From NCBI GenBank assembly GCA_037916395.1, contig JBAIXS010000353.1:1-39747 (forward strand): a DNA stretch of 39,747 bases. Reading direction: 5' to 3'. Shown piece by piece: positions 8,544-16,343 of this stretch. Origin of the DNA: Candidatus Sulfobium mesophilum (GTDB taxonomy: Bacteria; Nitrospirota; Thermodesulfovibrionia; Thermodesulfovibrionales; UBA6898). The translations under genes and the position numbers were made by a program. How positions within the stretch are numbered: position 1 is the first letter of the stretch; each line of letters opens with the position of its first letter. Under the pieces are notes generated by a model. That model worked only from the letters and a program-made list of their open reading frames with translations. It ran no database searches and was not told the DNA's origin.

Positions 8544-10411
8544 TATTTGTCCTCCTTCTTCGTTTCTGCTTCCGCAGCTGTTGCAACGAGTTCGGAAGGA
8601 TCTCCTTCGAATCCGGCGGGCAGGATCTTTATAGACTTGAATTTGCAGGCTTCATAGCAGGTCCTGCAGTGAACGCAGACTTCCTGTATGATCTTGTGAG
8701 GCTGTTTCTTTTCTCCGATTATCGCTTTCGAAGGACAAGCCCTCAGACAGGCGCCGCAGCCTTTACAAAGTTTTTCGTCTATCCAGAAGGTGACTAGGTT
8801 GCGGCAGACGCCTGCCTTGCACCATTTGTCCTTTATGTGTGATTCATATTCATCCCTGAAATATTTTATTGTTGTTAGCACCGGGTTAGGGGCGGTCTGT
8901 CCGAGCCCGCAAAGAGAGGTGGCTATAATGTCCCTGCCCAAGTCCAGAAGTGTTTCGACATCGCCCTCTTTTCCTTTTCCTTCTGTGATATCGGTGAGCA
9001 TGTCTAGGAGTATCTTTGTGCCGACCCTGCAGGGAGTGCACTTGCCGCATGATTCATCGGCCGTAAATTCGAGGAAGAATTTTGCAGTGCCGACCATGCA
9101 GGTGTTGTCGTCCATGACAACCATTCCGCCTGATCCGACAATAGCGCCTGTTGCTACGATGTCTTCGTAAGTTACAGGCGTGTTTAGAAGGTGTTCGGGG
9201 ATGCAGCCGCCTGATGGACCGCCAAGCTGGACGGCCTTGAACTTTCTCCCTTTCCTTATGCCACCCCCTATATCGTATATTATTGTCTTAAGCGGAATTC
9301 CCATAGGGACCTCGACGAGCCCGACGTTGTTTACTGCGCCTGTCAGGGCAAACACCTTGGTGCCCGCGCTTTTTTCCGTGCCGAGGCTTCTGTACCATTC
9401 AGAGCCCTGAAGTATGATGGGCGCGATCTGCGCCAGTGTCTCGACGTTGTTAAGCACGGACGGTTTGTCCCAAAGACCTTTGTGAGCAGGGAAGGGCGGT
9501 CTGGGTCTCGGCATGCCGCGTCTGCCTTCGAGAGACCGCATCAGCGCTGTCTCTTCGCCGCAGACAAAAGCCCCGGCGCCCAAATATATTTCGAGATGGA
9601 AGTCAAAACCGGTATCAAGGATGTTATCGCCGAGAAGCCCGGCCTCGGTTGCCTGGTCTATAGCCAATTGAAGACGCTTGACCGCAAGTGGGTATTCCGC
9701 CCTCACATATATATACCCGTGATGAGCGCCGATGGCCTTGGCGCCTATGATCATCCCCTCGATTACAGAGTGCGGGTCTGCCTCCATTACGGATCTGTCC
9801 ATAAAGGCGCCCGGGTCGCCCTCGTCGCCGTTACAAAGCATGTACTTGATGTCCGATTTGACCTTTGAGGCAAATTCCCATTTGAGCCCGGTGGGGAAAC
9901 CGGCTCCTCCTCTTCCTCTTAACCCCGAGTCTTTCACGACCTTCACAATCTCTTCGGAGGTCATCTGGGTCAGAGCCCTGGCGACAGCCTGATAACCGTC
10001 CCTGGCTATATATTCTTCGATCTTCTCAGGATCGATCAATCCTTTGTTCCTTAATACCCTGAGGACCTGATGCTTGAAAAACGGAATGTCTTTCATTCTT
10101 GGAATCGCGGCCTTTTTCTCAGGCTCCTTAAACATCAGTTTCTGATAGGGCCTGCCCTTAAGGAAATGTTCTTCTACCAGCATAGGAATATCATCTACAG
10201 TTACTTTCTGGTAAAAGACTTCGTCCGGATATACCGCCATAACGGGCCCTTCGGCGCAATATCCGTTGCAGCCGGTAAGAACGAGTCTGATCTCTTCAGC
10301 GAGTCCCTTACTCTTCAGTTCCTCCTGGAGAGCCTCTTTGACAGCGGCGGTGCCGCCGGCCACACAACCCGTTCCTGCGCATAACATTACGTTTGCACGA
10401 ACCTTATCCAT
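8543..10411 (-). CDS. HydB/NuoF-like NAD(H)/FMN-binding subunit, electron-bifurcating type
   Basis: N-terminal thioredoxin-like Fe-S domain (CAGTGC..CNGYC), GRGGAGF, DEGDPGAFMDR, GAGAFVCGEE, GGPSGG, ESCGKCTPC..LCGLG, HxxxxxCxxxxC, and C-terminal 2x[4Fe-4S] (CKGCGACLRACP, CVHCRTCYEAC). Confidence 0.93.
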   Translation of the reverse strand: MDKVRANVMLCAGTGCVAGGTAAVKEALQEELKSKGLAEEIRLVLTGCNGYCAEGPVMAVYPDEVFYQKVTVDDIPMLVEEHFLKGRPYQKLMFKEPEKKAAIPRMKDIPFFKHQVLRVLRNKGLIDPEKIEEYIARDGYQAVARALTQMTSEEIVKVVKDSGLRGRGGAGFPTGLKWEFASKVKSDIKYMLCNGDEGDPGAFMDRSVMEADPHSVIEGMIIGAKAIGAHHGYIYVRAEYPLAVKRLQLAIDQATEAGLLGDNILDTGFDFHLEIYLGAGAFVCGEETALMRSLEGRRGMPRPRPPFPAHKGLWDKPSVLNNVETLAQIAPIILQGSEWYRSLGTEKSAGTKVFALTGAVNNVGLVEVPMGIPLKTIIYDIGGGIRKGRKFKAVQLGGPSGGCIPEHLLNTPVTYEDIVATGAIVGSGGMVVMDDNTCMVGTAKFFLEFTADESCGKCTPCRVGTKILLDMLTDITEGKGKEGDVETLLDLGRDIIATSLCGLGQTAPNPVLTTIKYFRDEYESHIKDKWCKAGVCRNLVTFWIDEKLCKGCGACLRACPSKAIIGEKKQPHKIIQEVCVHCRTCYEACKFKSIKILPAGFEGDPSELVATAAEAETKKEDK

Positions 10412-10431
10412 CTATATCCTCCGTTTATTAA

Positions 10432-10530
10432 TGTCAATACCAGTATCAGTGACAGTGTCAGAAATATCAGAAATAAAAGGAAAGAAGCAGGCCGCTGACG
10501 CCGACACAGACACAGATACCGAGATCTGAC
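10432..10530. repeat. Imperfect inverted array of degenerate hexamers (TRTCNG) in an intergenic spacer
   Basis: Left arm TGTCAA TACCAG TATCAG TGACAG TGTCAG (10432-10461). The right arm (10495-10530) reverse-complements to GTCAGA TCTCGG TATCTG TGTCTG TGTCGG CGTCAG. Confidence 0.6.
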
Positions 10531-10539
10531 GACTATTAT

Positions 10540-10923
10540 TTAATATGTTGATTCGCATCCCGCTACCAGCGCATATTTTTCTACCGGCTTTCCGCCGATG
10601 ATATGTTCCCTGAAAATCTCCCTGATCTTTTCGTCGGTAAGATCACAGTATTTTACCGGCGGGTGGTCCATTACCTCCACAGTGGCAAGTGGTTCCCTGG
10701 CGCAGAGACCCGCGCAACCAGAGGTTGTCACAATGACATCTGTAACGTTAGCCTTCGTGATTTCGTCCATAAGTGCAGTCATCACGGCTCTCGCCCCAGC
10801 GGCTATTCCGCAGGTGCCCATATGCACGGTTACCTTGGCCCTGTATCCGCCCTCACGAAGGGTGAAATCAGAACGATGCCTTTCCTTGATTTTCTTAAGG
10901 TCATCTATGGTCAATCTCGGCAT
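10540..10923 (-). CDS. Thioredoxin-like ferredoxin subunit (HydD/HndB-like)
   Basis: VHMGTCGIAAGA...SGCAGLCAREP...EHIIGG. Start reassigned from 10959 to ATG at 10923 (AGGAGG RBS, 1 nt after the upstream stop). Confidence 0.88.
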   Translation of the reverse strand: MPRLTIDDLKKIKERHRSDFTLREGGYRAKVTVHMGTCGIAAGARAVMTALMDEITKANVTDVIVTTSGCAGLCAREPLATVEVMDHPPVKYCDLTDEKIREIFREHIIGGKPVEKYALVAGCESTY

Positions 10924-10924
10924 A

Positions 10925-11851
10925 TTAGGCCTCCTTTTCGGCCATCTCTTCCGCCACATCGGCGGAAGGGGCCTCTAAAATAGTGGGGTCGAACTGACTT
11001 ATTTTTTCGAGTGCCTTTTTCGGGGTCATTGCCCCGTAAGTCTCCTGGTCTATGACCATTACGGGGGCCAAGCCGCAGGCGCCTAAGCACCTGACCGCCT
11101 CCACAGAGAACTTTCTGTTTTCGGTAGTTTCTCCGACATCTATCTTCAGCGTATCCTGTATCTTCTTTAAAACGCCCTCAATGCCCTTTACATAGCAGGC
11201 GGTTCCCAGACAGACCCTGATGTTATGATCCCCTCTTGGCTTCATAGTGAAAAAAGAGTAGAAAGACACAACACTATGCACCTCTGCCTCTGGCTTGTTA
11301 AGCCCTTTTGCAATTCTTTTTTGCACGACGGGAGGCAGATATCCGACAATTTCCTGAGCACGCTGCAGGACCGGTATCAGTGCCCCCGGTTTCTTCTTTA
11401 AATCGGCGATGACCCTGTCGAGTTCCGCGGCCATGGCAGGCGGGAATTCTTCGGTTTTTTTCGCCTCCTCCGGTTTTCTGCCTCTCGTCCATTCAACCGC
11501 TCTCTCTGTAACATCAAGCAGTACGGAAGGCGTAAACGGTTTTGGCACATAGTCTATGATGCCAAGCTCCAGCGCATCCTTAATGGTGTCCTGTGAAGGA
11601 TAGCCTGTAATGATGACGATTCCGATTGCAGGCTTCATCTTCTTTATCCACCTGATGAGGGTGATGCCGTCGACCTCCGGCATCTTAAGGTCCGTAAAGA
11701 CGAGGTCATAATTTTCCTGACCTATTTTCATGATCGCTTCTCTTCCCCCAAGCGCCCCTTCAACACTGTACCCCTCGCCCTTGAGCACCCTCTCGGCGCT
11801 CTTGATGACAACAAGCTCGTCATCGACAATCAATATTTTGGGTTCAGCCAT
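10925..11851 (-). CDS. Response-regulator receiver fused to NuoE/HydC [2Fe-2S] subunit
   Basis: Residues ~1-120 form a REC domain (DD, TDLKMP phospho-Asp, TG, KPF). The C-terminal half is NuoE-like (LIPVLQRAQ, SFYSFF, CLGTAC, CLGACGLAP). Confidence 0.92.
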   Translation of the reverse strand: MAEPKILIVDDELVVIKSAERVLKGEGYSVEGALGGREAIMKIGQENYDLVFTDLKMPEVDGITLIRWIKKMKPAIGIVIITGYPSQDTIKDALELGIIDYVPKPFTPSVLLDVTERAVEWTRGRKPEEAKKTEEFPPAMAAELDRVIADLKKKPGALIPVLQRAQEIVGYLPPVVQKRIAKGLNKPEAEVHSVVSFYSFFTMKPRGDHNIRVCLGTACYVKGIEGVLKKIQDTLKIDVGETTENRKFSVEAVRCLGACGLAPVMVIDQETYGAMTPKKALEKISQFDPTILEAPSADVAEEMAEKEA

Positions 11852-11882
11852 AAATCCTCCTCGATATTAAAACCGAATATGG

Positions 11883-12650
11883 TTAAATTTTAAGGACCTC
11901 GACGCGCGCAAGCCAGAGCAGCCATCCCTCGCAGAGATTGTCCCTCACCAGGGCGCTCATTGCCGCGTTTGCCTGGTGGTTTAGTTCGAGCACCTTGCCC
12001 GTCATCGGCGAAATCAGCTCCTCTGTCTGTCCGCCCCCGGAGAGTATCTTTCCAAAGGGTTCGCCGGCGGCGACCATCTTGAGGCTCTCCGGCAAGTCTA
12101 TATACATCAATTGTCCGCTCAGAAGCCAGTATCTAACATCGCAGCCAATCTCCCAAAGCCCGTTCTTGGCAGGTCTGGCCCATGTCCCCTCTTTATAAAA
12201 GATGACCGGGTTTTCAGTGTCTCTGAGGGAGACGATATCGTTGCGGAACTCGTCTATAAAAGCCTTCCTGAGGATCCAGCCCTTGTTGTCGAAGACCTTT
12301 TTTGCAACGTTCATCATGAAATCTGGTGTAAAAGGTTTTTCTATAAATTCGAATGCCCCGAGTTTTACCGATTCCTTTGCGTCTTCAAGGGTGGGATAGC
12401 CGGTAATAATCACCACGTCAAGCTTGGGCTGGACGACCTTCGCCTCCCTAAGCACTGTGATGCCATTTATGTCCGGCAGGCGGATGTCAGATATAAGCAG
12501 ATCAAACTCTTCATTGGATATCTTCTTGATGGCCTCTTCACCTTTATCGGCCGTTATTATGTTATACCCTTCGGCACCGAGAATCCTTTTGCAACTCAGC
12601 GTTACGACAGGGTCGTCATCAAGTACCAATATCTTCCCTTTGTTTTCCAT
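11883..12650 (-). CDS. Response-regulator receiver fused to a glycine-cleavage-H (GcvH)-like domain lacking the lipoyl lysine
   Basis: REC domain (DDD, SDIRLP, TG, KPF), then TWAR..IG...IDLP...GEPFG..LISPMTGKVLELN...EGWL, matching the GcvH pattern; ESVK is replaced by LSGG. Confidence 0.82.
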   Translation of the reverse strand: MENKGKILVLDDDPVVTLSCKRILGAEGYNIITADKGEEAIKKISNEEFDLLISDIRLPDINGITVLREAKVVQPKLDVVIITGYPTLEDAKESVKLGAFEFIEKPFTPDFMMNVAKKVFDNKGWILRKAFIDEFRNDIVSLRDTENPVIFYKEGTWARPAKNGLWEIGCDVRYWLLSGQLMYIDLPESLKMVAAGEPFGKILSGGGQTEELISPMTGKVLELNHQANAAMSALVRDNLCEGWLLWLARVEVLKI

Positions 12651-12684
12651 CGCCAGCCTCCTTTGTTGTGTTCGCGGCTAAATC

Positions 12685-12700
12685 AGCAATAAGGATACCA
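12685..12700 (-). promoter_or_regulatory. Sigma54 (-24/-12) promoter for the REC-GcvH...HATPase operon
   Basis: Minus strand TGGTATCCTTATTGCT, an exact GG-N10-GC close to consensus TGGCAC-N5-TTGCW, about 35 nt upstream of the 12650 ATG and directly downstream of a sigma54 activator gene. Confidence 0.85.
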
Positions 12701-12771
12701 TGTTTTGAAATACTTTAAAATCAAAAAGATAAGCAGTTGTCAGAGCGAAAAATTCTGCTTTGCGCAGTGAA

Positions 12772-12792
12772 ATGTATAGATAATTAATACAT
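12772..12792. promoter_or_regulatory. Candidate upstream activator sequence for the sigma54 activator
   Basis: Palindrome ATGTAT-N9-ATACAT about 70-90 nt upstream of the -24 box; an IHF-like AATCAAAAAGATA (12719-12731) lies between them. Confidence 0.5.
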
Positions 12793-12887
12793 CGTCGACC
12801 ACAATGCAAGTCAAAGGACCTACAACCGCAACGGTTCAGAGGTGTATATTTTTTTTATTATGCTAAATTGCGGTTGCATTCATTTTC

Positions 12888-14285
12888 CTATTCTGCCTCG
12901 GTAGTCTTTGTGGATATACGATATTTCTTCATCAGCGAATGGAAGTTTGTCCTCTGCATGCCGACATCCGTAGAGGCCCTGGAGATGTTCCAGTCATTGC
13001 GCCTGAGAGCCTCCATTATAAAGGCCTTTTCAACTCCCTCGACTGACTTGATTCTCAAATCTTTCTTTATTTCTTTAAGCTCTTCGGAGTTCCGCGGGAT
13101 TGCCTCTTCAGAGGGAAATTCCAGCGACGTAAGATGTTCAGGTTTGAGCGTCTTGTCCTGGCACATAATCACCGCCCGCTGAATTGTGTTTTCCAGTTGC
13201 CGGACATTTCCGGGCCAGGGATAAAGGACAAGCAGTCTCATGGCTTCGGCGTTTATGTGGGTAACCCGCTTGTTGAGGTCCGCGCTGTATTTCGCTAAAA
13301 AGTGCTGGGCCAGATGGGGTATATCCTCTTTCCTGTCTCTCAGGGGAGGTGTATGAATCGGGAAGATATTCAGTCTGTAAAAGAGATCTTCCCTGAATGA
13401 CCCCTCTTTTGTCATTACCCTCAGATCCTTATTGGTCGCGGCAATAAATCTCACATCGATATGGACGGTCCTTTTTTCTCCGACCGGACGGAATTCGCGC
13501 TCCTGCAGAATCCGTAGCAATTTTGCCTGGGTTGAAATATTAAGATTGCCGATTTCATCAAGGAAAATTGTGCCGCCGTTTGCCATTTCCAGAAGCCCCT
13601 TTTTAGTTTCAGATGCGCCGGTAAAGGCTCCTTTGACATGTCCGAACAGCTCCGATTCGATAAGGGTCTCAGGTATGGTAGTGCAGTCGACAACCACAAA
13701 AGGCAGGTCTTTCCTTGGACTGTTGTAATGAATCGCTCTGGCGATAAGTTCTTTGCCCGTGCCGCTCTCTCCGGTGATAAGTACGGTGCTTCCGGTGCCG
13801 GCGACCCTCGCGATAAGTTGAAATACCTTCTGCATAGCCTGGGATACGCCGACCATATTGCCCAGTTCATAATGGGAAGGGATTATCTCTCTGCCGGTAA
13901 TTTCCCCGGATGAAGGCTTTTGTCTTTTTAGCGCACGGTCAACCAGGGCGAGAAGGTCATCGGGGCTGAACGGTTTTTCTATATAATCGAATACACCCAT
14001 CTTCATGGCCTTTACAGCGGTTTTTACAGTCCCGTATCCGGTCATGATTATTACCTCGGTATCGGACCATTTCTCTTTGATTTTTATGAGCACTTCGATG
14101 CCGTTTATATCGGGCATCTTCAAATCGGTGAGCACCAGATCGACGGCGCCTGTCTCGAGGGCCTGCAGGCCCTCGCCGCCGGATATTGCAGTTCGAACTT
14201 CATAGCCTGCGGGTTCAAGCACCCTGCGGCAGCTTTCCCTTATTATCTCTTCATCATCTATAACGAGTATTCTGCCCTTGTTCAT
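12888..14285 (-). CDS. Sigma54-dependent response regulator (REC-AAA+-Fis HTH)
   Basis: REC domain, GESGTGKE Walker A, GAFTGA, FLDEIG, FREDLFYRL, WPGNVRQL, C-terminal HTH. Confidence 0.96.
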   Translation of the reverse strand: MNKGRILVIDDEEIIRESCRRVLEPAGYEVRTAISGGEGLQALETGAVDLVLTDLKMPDINGIEVLIKIKEKWSDTEVIIMTGYGTVKTAVKAMKMGVFDYIEKPFSPDDLLALVDRALKRQKPSSGEITGREIIPSHYELGNMVGVSQAMQKVFQLIARVAGTGSTVLITGESGTGKELIARAIHYNSPRKDLPFVVVDCTTIPETLIESELFGHVKGAFTGASETKKGLLEMANGGTIFLDEIGNLNISTQAKLLRILQEREFRPVGEKRTVHIDVRFIAATNKDLRVMTKEGSFREDLFYRLNIFPIHTPPLRDRKEDIPHLAQHFLAKYSADLNKRVTHINAEAMRLLVLYPWPGNVRQLENTIQRAVIMCQDKTLKPEHLTSLEFPSEEAIPRNSEELKEIKKDLRIKSVEGVEKAFIMEALRRNDWNISRASTDVGMQRTNFHSLMKKYRISTKTTEAE

Positions 14286-14311
14286 CCCAAACAGGCCGTG
14301 TCCTATGACTG

Positions 14312-14689
14312 TTATGACTTGTTCTTATGGTCCAGTGCCTTGGAAACTGCGTTTATAAGGGCGTCAGGAGTAAAAGGTTTTTCGATGTAGTCGAAAGCCC
14401 CGAGTTTTATGGATTTCACCGCTGTGTCGACGGTCTGGTAGCCCGTTATTATGATGACCTCAACCTCCGGCCAGTCCTGCTTGATCTTTCTTAGCACCTC
14501 AATGCCGTCCATATCAGGCATTTTAAGGTCGGTGAGCACAATGTCGACCTTGTCTTCACCCATAATCTTTAGACCTTCCTGGCCGTTTTGCGCCAGCCTA
14601 ACCTCGTAGCCGCTCGGCGTGAGGGTGCGGCTACAACTGGTTCTGACGATGTCCTCATCGTCAATTACGAGGATTATTCCTTTATTCAT
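14312..14689 (-). CDS. Single-domain response regulator
   Basis: 125 aa REC-only protein with intact DD, D, T and K; ATGA overlap with the kinase gene. Confidence 0.93.
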   Translation of the reverse strand: MNKGIILVIDDEDIVRTSCSRTLTPSGYEVRLAQNGQEGLKIMGEDKVDIVLTDLKMPDMDGIEVLRKIKQDWPEVEVIIITGYQTVDTAVKSIKLGAFDYIEKPFTPDALINAVSKALDHKNKS

Positions 14690-16269
14690 GGCATTTCCTT
14701 GTAGGCGGGTAATTTGATAAAGAAGCTCGTCCCTTCGCCCAGTTTGGTTTTCACGGAGATGCTTCCTCCGTGCTCTTGTATAATACCGTGACTTACAGCG
14801 AGTCCCAGCCCGGTGCCCTTACCGACCGGCTTCGTCGTAAAGAAAGGTTCGAAAATCTTTGCGAGATTGCCGTTGTCTATTCCGGGCCCTGTGTCCCTGA
14901 ATTCGATTTCGACCCAGTCGCCGCTGTTGTCCCTGATATTTCTTGTGGTTATCGTGATAGCGCCCTTGCCTTCAAGCGCATCTGCAGCATTCATGGTCAT
15001 ATTGAGAAATACCTGCTGCAGCTGAGAAGAATCGGCCTTCACCTTCGAGAGAAAATCGTCGAAATTCGTGACTATTTTTATATTAAAGAAATCGGCCTTG
15101 TTCTTAACGATATTAAGCGAATGGTCAATGACGTCGTTGATATTTACCGGCATTTTTTCGGCTGCCGAAGCCCTTGCAAAACCAAGGAGCCCCTTTATAA
15201 TAGTGGAGCACCTGTTCGCCTGCTCTATAATCACCTGTATGTCCTCGTTCTCCTCCGACCCCTCCGGGAACTTCTTTAATAACAGGTGCCCGAACGTGAC
15301 GATTCCGGTAAGGGGGCTGTTAATCTCATGAGCGACGCCTGCGGCCATCCTGCCGAGTGATGCCAATTTTTCGGAATGGATGAGCTGCGCCTGGGCCCGA
15401 TGTATTGCCTCTGTTTTTTCCTGCACCTTTTTTTCGAGTGTATTGCCCCACTCCACAAGTTCATTTTTGGCTTTTTTCAGATCTGAGGTCATGGCATTAA
15501 AGGCCTGGGCAAGTTCGCCTATTTCGTCTTTAGTATTGATGTCCAGATGATAGTCCAGGTCCCCGCCTGCAACCTTTTCCATGCCCCTTGTCAGCAGAGT
15601 TACCGGTGTGGACACCAGGTTCCAAAGAATAGTGCAGAGCACGACCGATATTACGAACAGAAAAACAAGCACGTAAATGGTTATGGCCAATCCCTGGTTT
15701 TTTACGCTCTTGTCCAGCGGGGCAAGGGAGAGGTTGGCCTCGACCAGTCCCAGCACTTTTTGTTGCTTCGGGTGCGCATGACAGGTGGAAGTATAGCAGG
15801 CGACTTCGTTATATATCGGCTGCACTATGTTGAGCACCCTGAAGTCTCTGTTGTCCTTACTTATCAAAACTGTCGGCGTGTCTTTTGGGTGCGTCCCCTC
15901 GGCAGAATGGCAGCCTACGCAGACCGGTGCTTTCTTATCAACCACCGTCCCGATGTCTTTTTTTTCAGACGAATAGGCTATCTTTCCCCTGCTGTCGAAA
16001 ATACGGACGCGAAGAACGCCTTCGGCGGAGCCGATAGCTTCAATCGTCTGCTGAATGAGAAGCTGCTGGAAGGTCAGCATCCCGTAGCGATTACTTTTTA
16101 TCACGTACTCAACGAAGGAATGTCCATACTTGACTGAATTTTGTATCAGTTCTGTTTCCTGATGACGAAACAGAAAATACCAGAAGATGGAACTGCCCAC
16201 AACCATCAGCGTGCCTATGGTGAGGATAAGCTTGCCGGTCAGTGAATGCAGAGATTTTTTTACGAGCAT
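14686..16269 (-). CDS. Membrane HAMP sensor histidine kinase with periplasmic c-type heme motifs
   Basis: TM - periplasmic domain with CVGCH (15907-15921) and CYTSTCHAH (CX4CH, 15778-15798) - TM - HAMP (DEIGELA) - HisKA (AHEINSPL) - HATPase. Confidence 0.93.
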   Translation of the reverse strand: MLVKKSLHSLTGKLILTIGTLMVVGSSIFWYFLFRHQETELIQNSVKYGHSFVEYVIKSNRYGMLTFQQLLIQQTIEAIGSAEGVLRVRIFDSRGKIAYSSEKKDIGTVVDKKAPVCVGCHSAEGTHPKDTPTVLISKDNRDFRVLNIVQPIYNEVACYTSTCHAHPKQQKVLGLVEANLSLAPLDKSVKNQGLAITIYVLVFLFVISVVLCTILWNLVSTPVTLLTRGMEKVAGGDLDYHLDINTKDEIGELAQAFNAMTSDLKKAKNELVEWGNTLEKKVQEKTEAIHRAQAQLIHSEKLASLGRMAAGVAHEINSPLTGIVTFGHLLLKKFPEGSEENEDIQVIIEQANRCSTIIKGLLGFARASAAEKMPVNINDVIDHSLNIVKNKADFFNIKIVTNFDDFLSKVKADSSQLQQVFLNMTMNAADALEGKGAITITTRNIRDNSGDWVEIEFRDTGPGIDNGNLAKIFEPFFTTKPVGKGTGLGLAVSHGIIQEHGGSISVKTKLGEGTSFFIKLPAYKEMP

Positions 16270-16343
16270 TGTCTAGAAATGTATACCATTTTATCTGTTT
16301 TATGCAATATAAAAAAACTAAATTTACAGGTTTAATTTTTTAC

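Noticed and set aside
10432-10530. CRISPR array or coding low-complexity ORF (10266-10529, ADADTDTDT)
   Set aside because: Units are degenerate 6-mers with no spacers and no cas genes; the ORF is antisense to the HydB-like gene.
11883-12650. Functional glycine cleavage system H protein
   Set aside because: Lipoyl Lys absent, fused to REC, and no other gcv genes in the window.
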